From IMG/VR virus record IMGVR_UViG_3300034084_000026, positions 1-40,408 of that record: a stretch of 40,408 nt of DNA, one strand, 5' to 3'. The position numbers and the translations under genes are program-made. Origin of the DNA: a virus (Duplodnaviria; Caudoviricetes). Shown here piece by piece: positions 8,628 through 17,776 of this stretch (position 1 is the stretch's first letter; each line of letters opens with the position of its first letter). The notes beneath the pieces are model-generated. The model saw nothing but the letters and a program-made list of their open reading frames with translations. It was not told where the DNA came from and ran no database searches.

Positions 8628-10199
8628 ATGCCAAATATAAACGAATATCAGCAGCGCACAACCACCCCCGGTGTTGCCGGTGGGCCGGAAATGAGGGCGG
8701 CGGAAATAACCGGAACCGGCAGAGGGATGCAATTCCTCGGTCAGGGGATGGCGGACGTTGCTGACACTCTGGTCGAAAGGGATCAAGAAACAGCCAGAGC
8801 TTGGAGTGCTGAAGCCCTTTCCAAAGCTCGTCTTGACTGGACGTCCCAACTTATCGAGCGCCAATCCAAGGCCGAACCGGGTGCGCCGAATTTCACGGAA
8901 GGGATGCTTAAGGATTACGACGAATATATGGATAAGTCGGTCGAGTCCGCCCCTTCTGGTGCTGCTAAAAAATTCATGAAAGAGCGGATGTTGGAAATGC
9001 GCACCCAGATTGGTGAGGGTGCCATGCGGTTTGAGGCTCAGGCCCGGATTGATTACCGGTCTGATAAATTTACCTCTGCCATCGACAACACTGAAAAATT
9101 GATGAACACCGACCCGTCGCAGTATAAAATTGCGCTGGCCGAACAACTTGCAGTTATTGATTCTGCCAACCTGCCGCCCATAAAGAAATCGGAATTGCGC
9201 CAAAAGGCGGTAGACAGAATTTCGGGTGCCGCCGTGTGGTCACAAATTCAGAAGTCCCCCAATCAGTTCCTTGACTCAATCGGGTTCATGGGGGCAACCG
9301 ACCCGGCCACCGGTAAAGTCCGCAAGTCGTCCGGTAACATAACTGGGATGACCGGAAACCCCGCATTTGACGCCCTGCCGTTTGAGCGCAGAACTCAGAT
9401 GTTTGAGGGGGCTATTCGTCTGAAAGCCCAAATAGACGGGGATGCCAATATTGCAGCGGAAAAGGTAAAGAAACAATTGGCCGAAGACGCCATGAAAGAG
9501 GGTTGGGGCAGGCTGGCCAGTGGGAAATTGAACAGGGCTTACGTAGAGCAGATCCGGCCCCTGTTATCCGCTCCCGAATACCACAGCCTGTTGGAGGGGA
9601 TGAAACAGGCTTCTACCGGGGGCGTTAAAACCGATCCCGGCACCTTCCGCCATCTGCAGGAGTTGCTGTATTCTGATCCCCCTGCGGCCCACGCTTACGC
9701 GCTAAAAGCGCACAAAAACGGATTATTGTCCAATGAAAACCTTTCATCGGCACTCACCCATGCCAAGTCCCTCAAGGACAGCGAAGGCCCTAAAAACGAG
9801 TTCCAACGCACCCGGTCATACATCAGGGATTCTCTGGACCCCGGCCCAATGGTTCAGGACCCTGTGGGTAAATCCCGATTTGCGGAAGCGCTGTATACCT
9901 ATGACAGTTGGGTTAATTCCGGCAAGCATACGGATGAAGAGATTGCCAAACGTGGAAAAGAAATCGTAGGCCAGTACAAGTTTATAGACTTTTCTGACAC
10001 TGTGATGGCCCTCCCGCAGCCGCGCAGCGGATCAATCCGACGCAGCACCACTGACCCCAACGGCATGCTGTCGGACGTTGGGATCGCGGCCAAGAAAGCC
10101 CAGTCCAAACTGGATAAGGGCGAAATGACCAAGCAAGAATTTGACCAAGAAATGGTTATACTTAACAGATGGCGTAAAGCCGCAAGTGGGGGCAAATAA
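8628..10199 (+). CDS. Internal virion (ejection) protein, gp15 position
   Basis: MP.I..Y N-terminus, helical 523 aa, synteny. Confidence 0.7.
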   Translation: MPNINEYQQRTTTPGVAGGPEMRAAEITGTGRGMQFLGQGMADVADTLVERDQETARAWSAEALSKARLDWTSQLIERQSKAEPGAPNFTEGMLKDYDEYMDKSVESAPSGAAKKFMKERMLEMRTQIGEGAMRFEAQARIDYRSDKFTSAIDNTEKLMNTDPSQYKIALAEQLAVIDSANLPPIKKSELRQKAVDRISGAAVWSQIQKSPNQFLDSIGFMGATDPATGKVRKSSGNITGMTGNPAFDALPFERRTQMFEGAIRLKAQIDGDANIAAEKVKKQLAEDAMKEGWGRLASGKLNRAYVEQIRPLLSAPEYHSLLEGMKQASTGGVKTDPGTFRHLQELLYSDPPAAHAYALKAHKNGLLSNENLSSALTHAKSLKDSEGPKNEFQRTRSYIRDSLDPGPMVQDPVGKSRFAEALYTYDSWVNSGKHTDEEIAKRGKEIVGQYKFIDFSDTVMALPQPRSGSIRRSTTDPNGMLSDVGIAAKKAQSKLDKGEMTKQEFDQEMVILNRWRKAASGGK

Positions 10200-13100
10200 T
10201 GGCGAACGGTAGCGTTACTTGGGAGCAAATAGGTGAACCCCCGCAGGATCTGGGGCCATCGTATGTTGAAAAGTCCACCCGAGACCAAAAATCGCAGGAT
10301 TCCCAGCAGATGGAGGAATTCATGCGGACGTTTGACCAAGGGGGTGTCCCGGCCTCTTCCCATTCGGCCCCGGACGGTAAACAGTTGCCCCCGGCCACCC
10401 CGCAACGCCGCCCAACGGACGATCAATTGGGCCGCCAACCAGTGCATGAGGAATCCACAGCCGGGACCATTATGCGTAATGTGGCGGAGGTCGTCCCATC
10501 CGCCGTTAAGGGAGTGAATGAGGCGGTAATGAACGCCACATCCTTTATTTCCCCACTGTCGGACTGGCTGAACGCAAACGTTGCTGACCTGACGTTTAAA
10601 TACGAACAGCCAGAAACCACAACCGGGGCCGTGGTTAAGTCTGCCGCTCAATTTCTTACCGGGTTTATCCCGGCGCTCAATGGCCTGAAGGCTATTGGCG
10701 TCGCCGGTAAGGCTGCCACGCCAATATCGGCTGGTGCTATCGCAGATTTCGCTACAAAGGACCCGCATGAGGGCCGGTTGTCCGACTTGTGGAATAAGGC
10801 CGGTCTTCCACAAAACATATTGACTGATTATTTGTCTTCCAAGTCCGATGATTCGGAAATTGAGGCCCGGTTTAAGAATGCCATTGAAGGGGCCGGACTG
10901 GGTGGAATGGCTGAGGGCGTTTTCGCGGGTGCCCGAGCACTCCGGGCGTCTAGAAAAGTTAAAGAGGTCAAGCAGACAGAGGACACTTACCTCAAGGCTA
11001 AATACGGTGAAGTTACCGATGAACAGATGGCCCACGCTGTCGGGGACCCCAGCAAGCCGATGTTTGAGGTTGTCCCCAAGAAGGCGTCCGACATTCCGGT
11101 AAAAATTGGGCGAGGAGTCGAGGATACCGCGAAGTTTGAGCCGGAATCTGTTGTTCGCGGTAATAAAAAAGTTACCGTTAGTGGCGAGGATTTCGGTACA
11201 TACATCAACTTCTCTCGGATTGATTCCACTGAGCAGATAAAATTCGCTATGGGCAAGATGACGGATGCCGCGAAAGGGACGATTGATGAAGCCAAGAGGG
11301 GGGTCATTACTCAGGCAGAAACCCAAAAAATGGCGGACGAATTGGGGATGTCTGCCACTGACTTATTGGCCCGGCGTAAGGGTCAAGGATTCAATGCCGA
11401 GGAAGCCGTGGCCGCCCGTCAGTTATGGGCCGCTTCTGGTAATCGACTTGTCGAAGCCGCAAAAAAGGCAGCTAGTGCTGATGCTTCCCCGCTGGACCAA
11501 TACGCTTTTCGAAAGATGATGGCCACCCATGCCGCTATCCAGTCCGAAGTTATTGGTGCCCGAACTGAAACTGCTAGGGCGCTGGCATCATGGGCCATCC
11601 CGGCTGGCGGCAATATGGAGAAGGCAAGGGCCATTGACCAGATCATGGGCGCAATGGGCGGCCCCGAAGCTTCGCAAGAAATGGCCCGCCGTTTAGCCAT
11701 TCTTGCCGAAACCGGGGCCAGTCCCGCCGCCATCGCCCGGTTTGCCGAACGCGGAATGGGTGCTACTTCGATGGACGCCCTGCGTGAGGTGTGGATCAAT
11801 GGTCTATTGTCCTCCCCCAAAACCCATGCCGTAAACATAATGTCGAACACCTTGGTGGCGTTCCAGCAAATATACGAACGGGCAGCGGCTAGGGGCATAA
11901 GCGCCATTACCGGGAGTGATGCGGTTGCTGCCGGTGAATCTGCAGCCATGGCGTTTGGGGCAATTGAGTCCATTAAGGACGCATTTCGCATGTCGGCGCT
12001 GGCGCTAAAAACCGGCCAGTCCGGTCACAGCATCAATAAGATTGATATAGCCCGGCCAAACTCTATGTCGTCCGACGCGTTTAACATATCGCGGGAAACG
12101 GGATTGGGCCGATTTGTCGATTTTATGGGCCATGCGGCCACGGTCCCCGGTCATTTGCTGGCGGCGGAGGATGAATTCTTTAAAACCATCGGGTATCGCA
12201 TGGAACTCCGCGCTCAAGCTTTGCGGACGGCCAGCCAAGAAGGACACAAAGGCCCGGATCTGGCAATGCGGACACAGGAGCTTATCGACAACCCAACCGA
12301 AGCGTTGCGCATAAATTCTGCGGATGCGGCGCTGTATAGCACCTTTAGCAATGAGCTTGGTAAGTTCGGCCAAGCCATGATGAACTTGCGCAACGTGGAT
12401 TCGGCTCTGAACCCTCTGGTGTTCGTCCTTCCGTTTGTGCGCACCCCGGCCAATATAGCCCGGTATACGTTTGAGAGAACGCCGTTCGCTCCCCTCGTCG
12501 GCCAGTGGAGGGCGGATATAGCTGCCGGGGGCGCTCGGGCCGATCTGGCGTTGGCGCGTATGTCCACTGGCACCGCCATCATGACAACGGCAATGGACTA
12601 CGCCGATAGCGGTCTGGTGTCGGGAGCGGGGCCTAAAGATCCGGCCCAACGCGAGGCCCTTATGCGTCAGGGGTGGCAGCCATATTCATTCAAATCTGGT
12701 GATCGCTGGGTGTCATACAACCGGGCCGACCCGTTCGGCACAACCATGGGATTTGCGGCTTCCATCAACGAAGCGGTGCGCCATGGTGAAATTGATAACG
12801 AAGACGTGGACGAATGGCAGGAAGTAATGGCTATGTCGATAGCATCCGTCTCCCAAGTCACAATTAATAAGACCTATCTTGAGGGATTCGCAAAGTTTGT
12901 TGAGGTGATGTCCGATCCCAAGCGCTATTCCGAACGCTATGTTGATGATCTGGTCGCATCATTCGTTCCGTTGACCGCTCTGTCATCAAGCGTAAAGAAC
13001 ATCGTGGACCCGACCCAGCGGGAGGCCGGTTCTCCGATGGAAGCCGTTCAGGCCCGGATAGCCTTCCTATCTGAACAACTTCCGCCCCGCCGCAGCTTGT

Positions 13101-13582
13101 GGGGTGAGGAAATCAGGGCTGAATCTGGGTTAGGCAAGGTATATGATGCCATGTCCCCGATGGCCAGCCGTCCGATGGTCGATTCACCGATAGATAAGGA
13201 AATGACTCGGCTTGAACATGGTGTTCAAAGAATCGGCAAAAAGACCGTAATTGACGGGGTGCAGGTGAATCTCAAGAAATATCCGCAGATTTATGACGAA
13301 TACGCCCGCCTGTCCGGGAACGACCTCAAGCACCCGGCATGGGGTATGGGGGCCAAGGATTACTTGAACGCTGTGGTGTCCGGTAAACACCCCATGTCCG
13401 CCGCCTTCAACATAATGAGCGACGAGTCCCGCAAGGCTTTCATAGAGTCCACAATCGGGGATTACAGAAAATTGGCCGCCCGGCAGATACTGGATAACCC
13501 AGCCAATGCGGCGTTTGCCGTTGAGGTGGGAAGGCTGAAAGAACTGCACCGAAACATGAAGATGCCGGTATTAGGAGAATAA
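10199..13582 (+). CDS. Large internal virion (ejection) protein, gp16 position
   Basis: 1127 aa with LLS.P.TH..N, DEFFK, PF.RTP.N and GWQPYS motifs. Confidence 0.8.
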   Translation: MANGSVTWEQIGEPPQDLGPSYVEKSTRDQKSQDSQQMEEFMRTFDQGGVPASSHSAPDGKQLPPATPQRRPTDDQLGRQPVHEESTAGTIMRNVAEVVPSAVKGVNEAVMNATSFISPLSDWLNANVADLTFKYEQPETTTGAVVKSAAQFLTGFIPALNGLKAIGVAGKAATPISAGAIADFATKDPHEGRLSDLWNKAGLPQNILTDYLSSKSDDSEIEARFKNAIEGAGLGGMAEGVFAGARALRASRKVKEVKQTEDTYLKAKYGEVTDEQMAHAVGDPSKPMFEVVPKKASDIPVKIGRGVEDTAKFEPESVVRGNKKVTVSGEDFGTYINFSRIDSTEQIKFAMGKMTDAAKGTIDEAKRGVITQAETQKMADELGMSATDLLARRKGQGFNAEEAVAARQLWAASGNRLVEAAKKAASADASPLDQYAFRKMMATHAAIQSEVIGARTETARALASWAIPAGGNMEKARAIDQIMGAMGGPEASQEMARRLAILAETGASPAAIARFAERGMGATSMDALREVWINGLLSSPKTHAVNIMSNTLVAFQQIYERAAARGISAITGSDAVAAGESAAMAFGAIESIKDAFRMSALALKTGQSGHSINKIDIARPNSMSSDAFNISRETGLGRFVDFMGHAATVPGHLLAAEDEFFKTIGYRMELRAQALRTASQEGHKGPDLAMRTQELIDNPTEALRINSADAALYSTFSNELGKFGQAMMNLRNVDSALNPLVFVLPFVRTPANIARYTFERTPFAPLVGQWRADIAAGGARADLALARMSTGTAIMTTAMDYADSGLVSGAGPKDPAQREALMRQGWQPYSFKSGDRWVSYNRADPFGTTMGFAASINEAVRHGEIDNEDVDEWQEVMAMSIASVSQVTINKTYLEGFAKFVEVMSDPKRYSERYVDDLVASFVPLTALSSSVKNIVDPTQREAGSPMEAVQARIAFLSEQLPPRRSLWGEEIRAESGLGKVYDAMSPMASRPMVDSPIDKEMTRLEHGVQRIGKKTVIDGVQVNLKKYPQIYDEYARLSGNDLKHPAWGMGAKDYLNAVVSGKHPMSAAFNIMSDESRKAFIESTIGDYRKLAARQILDNPANAAFAVEVGRLKELHRNMKMPVLGE

Positions 13583-13583
13583 A

Positions 13584-15020
13584 ATGACTGTATCAACTGC
13601 AAGCCCCCGCGTTACTTACACCGGTGCCGGAACCACTGGGCCGTTCGCCATCCCATATTACTTCTTGGAAAACGACGATCTGAAAGTGGTAAGGACCACT
13701 ATCGCTACTGGGGCGGAATCCACACTTGCCCTAACCACCGACTACACCATAACTGGAGCCGGGGACCCTGCCGGAGGCGCCCTCACACTAATTACATCAT
13801 TATCCAGTGCGTACAAGTTGACTATTATCCGGGACCCGGATCTGCTGCAGTCGATATCTTACCCGCGCAACGATAAATTCCCATCGGCCACCCACGAAAA
13901 AGCGCTCGATAAGTTGACTATGCTGGCCCAGCGGGTGTATGACATCGCTACCCGCGCATTTCGGTTGTCGGACGGCGATACCACAACGTCCGTAGTCCTT
14001 CCTCAAGCCGTTGCTAATCGGGCATTGAAATGGAACGGAACCGCCACCGGTCTAGCAAACTCCGCTTATGACCCAGATACCCTGCAGTCTGCCGCTGCCG
14101 CTAGTGCCGCCGCCGCCGCCGTTTCTGAATCCGCCGCCGCTGCCTCAGCAACAGCATCATCAAATAGTGCCATAGATTCATCAGGATACGCAACTAACGC
14201 GTCAAATAGTGCAGCCGCCGCCGCTGCCACTTTAGCCAGCGCCCTGTGGCGCGATGTCGTATTTAAAACCATCGTAGATAGCCCCGTTAATGTCGTTCAA
14301 GGGGATAACGGAAAGCTGTTTGTAATCGACACGGCGGGCGGGAGTGTGGTCGTTAATCTTCCGCAAATATCAGCAACAACGATGCCATTTACAGTGGGCA
14401 TAAAAAAAGAAACGAGCGACGCAAATACAGTCACAGTAAATAGGGCCGGAACCGACACCATTGATGGAGCAGCCAGTAAAGTTTATACGGTAACTGGCGG
14501 AGGGCAGTTCATCGCTGATGTGTCCCCGTCCCCTGACATATGGACGGAAGTAACCTTTGGTTCAATTTCCGCCGGTTTGATAACCGCTTCTGGTCTCACC
14601 CAATCAACCGCCAAGATGCTGGGTAGGTCCACCGCTGGTTCGGGGGCGATTGAAGAGCTATCTGTGGCTGGCGGCCTTACAATTTCCGGTGGTTCGCTAT
14701 CTGCGGGGTTCGCATCTGGAACATTCACTACAGCGAGTTTAGCATCTTCAGGAGTTGAAGAAGGACCGATTGCACACGGTCTTGGAACTGATGATATTGA
14801 CTTCGGATTCTCACTGATAGGTAGTGATGCGGCTATAGTAAATTCTGTGCTCTGTTCTGGGGCTTTAATCGGAACAGATAAACGAGTTAAATATGTGGGG
14901 TCGACGGGGTCAAATACCCCAACTTCATTGCCCTCTGCTGGAAATCTAAATTATTTGTTACGAAATGGGAGTGGAGTAACCCAAACAGTGACTGTTAAGT
15001 GGTGGGCGAGAAAACGCTAA
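13584..15020 (+). CDS. Tail fibre / receptor-binding protein
   Basis: gp17-like N-terminal anchor (F.I.Y...DL.V, DYT.TG, HE.ALDKLT), Ala/Ser-rich stalk, AT-richer tip. Confidence 0.85.
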   Translation: MTVSTASPRVTYTGAGTTGPFAIPYYFLENDDLKVVRTTIATGAESTLALTTDYTITGAGDPAGGALTLITSLSSAYKLTIIRDPDLLQSISYPRNDKFPSATHEKALDKLTMLAQRVYDIATRAFRLSDGDTTTSVVLPQAVANRALKWNGTATGLANSAYDPDTLQSAAAASAAAAAVSESAAAASATASSNSAIDSSGYATNASNSAAAAAATLASALWRDVVFKTIVDSPVNVVQGDNGKLFVIDTAGGSVVVNLPQISATTMPFTVGIKKETSDANTVTVNRAGTDTIDGAASKVYTVTGGGQFIADVSPSPDIWTEVTFGSISAGLITASGLTQSTAKMLGRSTAGSGAIEELSVAGGLTISGGSLSAGFASGTFTTASLASSGVEEGPIAHGLGTDDIDFGFSLIGSDAAIVNSVLCSGALIGTDKRVKYVGSTGSNTPTSLPSAGNLNYLLRNGSGVTQTVTVKWWARKR

Positions 15021-15036
15021 ATGGGGGGGGGCAATC

Positions 15037-15336
15037 GTGGTGAATGAAGAAAAATTAAAGGAGTGTCGGGATGAAGTTGATAAATCTATGGCGATTCTTC
15101 ATGGCCGTGTGGACGCATTCGTGCAAGCCACATCAACGATCCATGAAATCCGTGACGACATACGAGAGATGCGGGAGATCCTCGACGCGTGGAATAACGC
15201 GAAGGGGTTTGTAACCACCATCAAATTCCTGAGTTCCCTAATAAAATGGATATCCATAGTGGGGGGCACAATTGGTTTGATATGGTATTTCTTCAAAACT
15301 GGCCACCCCCCAGATGTTACCGGCAAGAATTTGTGA
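15037..15336 (+). CDS. Putative holin-like membrane protein
   Basis: Coiled-coil followed by a C-terminal TM segment (WISIVGGTIGLIWYFF); first gene of the lysis region. Confidence 0.55.
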   Translation: MVNEEKLKECRDEVDKSMAILHGRVDAFVQATSTIHEIRDDIREMREILDAWNNAKGFVTTIKFLSSLIKWISIVGGTIGLIWYFFKTGHPPDVTGKNL

Positions 15337-15481
15337 GGAATGCGACTGGCACCGGCTCACCACGGTGCGGGAAGGAACCCACGAACGCCACTTTTGCTTG
15401 TGGATTATTCCAGGATTCCCTAATCTTACGGAATGCATGAAATTCAGGCCAACAGAGGATCGCGACGATGAGCCAATCTGA
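15314..15481 (+). CDS. Small Cys-rich protein (55 aa; not in the ORF track)
   Basis: MLPARICEECDWH...HFCLW...TECMKF; fills the gap and overlaps both neighbours; weak RBS. Confidence 0.45.
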   Translation: MLPARICEECDWHRLTTVREGTHERHFCLWIIPGFPNLTECMKFRPTEDRDDEPI

Positions 15482-16472
15482 AACTAGGGGGGAGAGAAAC
15501 AATAATCCCGGCAACATCCGGATATCCAGCACTCAATGGCTGGGTAAGATCCCCGGCCATGACGCTGCGTTTGAGACATTTTCCTCCGTTGAATACGGTA
15601 TTCGGGCGCTAGCCAAGATATTAATTACTTATCAAGAAAAACATGGCCTGAAAACCATCCGTCAAATAATCAACAGATGGGCACCCCCGTCCGAGAATGA
15701 CACGAATTCCTACGTCAATTCGGTAGCCCGTGATGTGGGGGTCGGGGCCGACGATGAAGTCAGGGTGCCCGATGTCCTGCTGCCGCTCACCAAGGCGATC
15801 ATCAAGCATGAAAATGGCCGGGTGGTTTATTCTGACATCCAGATAATAGACGGCCTGAGAAAACTTATCCCCGAAACACAACCCCCGGCACCTGTCGAGG
15901 ACCGAAGTACCAAAGCAAAGGAGAAAGACATGGCACCATTCCTGTTAGCAGCGATCCCGTCGCTAATTTCCGCTATCCCCGAGTTTGCCAGAATATTCGC
16001 CAGCCCGAATGTCGCAGAGCGGAATATAGCGGCGTTAGTGAAGGCGTCCGAAATGGTTATGACTGCTGTTGACGCCCCCAATATTCAAGCGGCGGTCGAG
16101 AAAATCCAGAGCGATCCGCAGGCGGCGGAGGCAGCAAACACCTCGCTCCGCGCCAGCCGCGCTGAATTGATGGATATTATGGAACGCGAGGATGCCATCA
16201 AACAAAAAAGCCTCGCCGCCGCCCGTGATTTTTCAAAAATGGAACGGCCTGTAATTGGCCAGTTCAAGTTCATACATCTGCTGTCCATCCTGTTTGTGTT
16301 GTTCTCCGGCATCGGGTCCATCGTCGTTCTTAACTCGGATAAATTCAGCCAAGAACTCAAGGGCGCTATCGTTACCCTGATCTTGATTGGCGGATGGACC
16401 GGGGTAAAAGAGTTCTGGCTCGGGTCCAGCAACAGCAGTCAAATGAAGGATGAACTAAGGAAGCCGGATTAG
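15468..16472 (+). CDS. Putative endolysin (RNNNPGNI / P5-like lysozyme fold) fused to a membrane domain
   Basis: RG.RNNNPGNIR, G.RAL, RWAPP.EN.T.SY and HENG motifs; two C-terminal TM segments followed by FWLGSS. Confidence 0.8.
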   Translation: MSQSETRGERNNNPGNIRISSTQWLGKIPGHDAAFETFSSVEYGIRALAKILITYQEKHGLKTIRQIINRWAPPSENDTNSYVNSVARDVGVGADDEVRVPDVLLPLTKAIIKHENGRVVYSDIQIIDGLRKLIPETQPPAPVEDRSTKAKEKDMAPFLLAAIPSLISAIPEFARIFASPNVAERNIAALVKASEMVMTAVDAPNIQAAVEKIQSDPQAAEAANTSLRASRAELMDIMEREDAIKQKSLAAARDFSKMERPVIGQFKFIHLLSILFVLFSGIGSIVVLNSDKFSQELKGAIVTLILIGGWTGVKEFWLGSSNSSQMKDELRKPD

Positions 16473-16868
16473 CTGGTTAAATTCCTTGGTCAGCATTTGC
16501 ATGTTATAGGTGTTTATGCTGGCAAATTGAACAGCCATCGCCCAGTCTAACTTTCTAACCGCCCGGATCGAACTCCATTTCCACAGGATATGGCGATCCG
16601 GGGATCCCACCAGTAAATAACAGTTCCCCGACCCCCTGTTCCCTCTGTCGATCAACCACTTTTCCTGCCCTTTGGTGTAGTGCTTAATGTCGTCCAACGT
16701 TTTTGGTGGAGTCGGCACATACTTTACTTCGATCCACCCATCAGTATTGTGAGCGCTGAATGACAAGTCCGGGACGAATTTCCCGTACATATCCTCATGG
16801 GCCTGAAACTCAAATCCATATGGCATCATCGCCAGCATGAATTGTCTTTTATATTCATTTTCAGTCAT
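16455..16868 (-). CDS. PD-(D/E)XK nuclease (VRR-NUC / resolvase-like)
   Basis: M.E, VPDL, WIEVK and Q..W motifs. Confidence 0.75.
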   Translation of the reverse strand: MTENEYKRQFMLAMMPYGFEFQAHEDMYGKFVPDLSFSAHNTDGWIEVKYVPTPPKTLDDIKHYTKGQEKWLIDRGNRGSGNCYLLVGSPDRHILWKWSSIRAVRKLDWAMAVQFASINTYNMQMLTKEFNQLIRLP

Positions 16869-16960
16869 ATTTTTCCCGCAATCCGGCCTATCTTATAAAT
16901 TACGGCCCCGATGCAAAACAACACTATGGCCCAAGTACTTTTAGGAGGCTTAGGCATCAT
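16865..16960 (-). CDS. 31-aa single-TM microprotein (not in the ORF track)
   Basis: MMPKPPKSTWAIVLFCIGAVIYKIGRIAGKI; GGAG RBS; ATGA overlap with the next gene. Confidence 0.55.
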   Translation of the reverse strand: MMPKPPKSTWAIVLFCIGAVIYKIGRIAGKI

Positions 16961-17501
16961 TTATCTCCGCCATAATGCCGTTAATTACCGGCCACCACGC
17001 GTATTGGGGATAGATATCTATGCATTCCCCCGCCAAAAGAACCACCCGCTCCCTCAGGCCGTCCAGCACGTCTTCCGCGTGTTTCCCCATTCCTTCGTGG
17101 ACTAAGAAGTTTACGGCCTCGAGGGTGTCCGCCAGCTTCACTATCCGTATGACAAGTGGGTAATCATCTTTCAGCGATAGGTAAAATCTGCTGTATTCGT
17201 CAGATAGAGACAATTCTATACGCCGGATGGGGTCGGAATGTGGAACCGCTTCGCGCATTGCCGCTTTTACCGGGGTGGCCAGATCCCCAGTCACCACTTC
17301 CGGGATATCGTGCATCATTGCCCACCTGATGCACCTTACTCGGACATCCGGCTCGGCACCCAGCTCCCGGCTTAGGTGCTCGGCTATTTGCGCCACCAAG
17401 TACATATGCTCGGCAATGGTCTGCTCCCGCGCAACGCGAACGATCTGCCAGCGCTTCACATGACCGGTGCGCAGTTTCTGGCGCAATGATAACTCAGCCA
17501 T
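16950..17501 (-). CDS. datZ: HD-domain dATP triphosphohydrolase (DatZ)
   Basis: HVKRWQIV, EH, MHD..E..TGD and KLAD motifs (YfbR-like HD family); in an operon with purZ. Confidence 0.85.
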   Translation of the reverse strand: MAELSLRQKLRTGHVKRWQIVRVAREQTIAEHMYLVAQIAEHLSRELGAEPDVRVRCIRWAMMHDIPEVVTGDLATPVKAAMREAVPHSDPIRRIELSLSDEYSRFYLSLKDDYPLVIRIVKLADTLEAVNFLVHEGMGKHAEDVLDGLRERVVLLAGECIDIYPQYAWWPVINGIMAEINDA

Positions 17502-17776
17502 TATACTGCCCTCCCTTTTATTTCCATCAATCCGTGCTGCTCTAGGCAGGCCACCCCTGTGGCCACCGTCTGTAAGATTTCATGCAGAACCGAGTCCCGC
17601 CCTTCTCCGCCCTTAATTAGGGCATGTTTGGCTTCCGCAAGTTCGGCCTCCATTATGATAATCCACTCCCCGATGGTATGGCCACTATTTTCTAGGTTGC
17701 CATGCTTTTGGTCCTGATAGAACCGCTCGGCGGCGATTTCGATCATAACTTCCGACATAAGAAATTTTTGGGTCAT
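17501..17776 (-). CDS. mazZ: MazG-like (d)GTP pyrophosphohydrolase (MazZ)
   Basis: ER..QD.K.G, E.E..E and E..Q..A..VA all-alpha NTP-PPase pattern; lies between purZ and datZ. Confidence 0.75.
   Translation of the reverse strand: MTQKFLMSEVMIEIAAERFYQDQKHGNLENSGHTIGEWIIIMEAELAEAKHALIKGGEGRDSVLHEILQTVATGVACLEQHGLMEIKGRAV

Noticed and set aside
14091-14240. GCC-rich microsatellite in the tail fibre
   Set aside because: It encodes an ordinary Ala/Ser coiled-coil stalk.
13584-15020. Diversity-generating retroelement acting on the tail fibre, as in BPP-1
   Set aside because: No reverse transcriptase and no TR/VR repeat pair were seen.
15023-15031. G9 tract before the putative holin as a phase-variation switch
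   Set aside because: It is intergenic and serves as the RBS; there is no evidence of length variation without reads.
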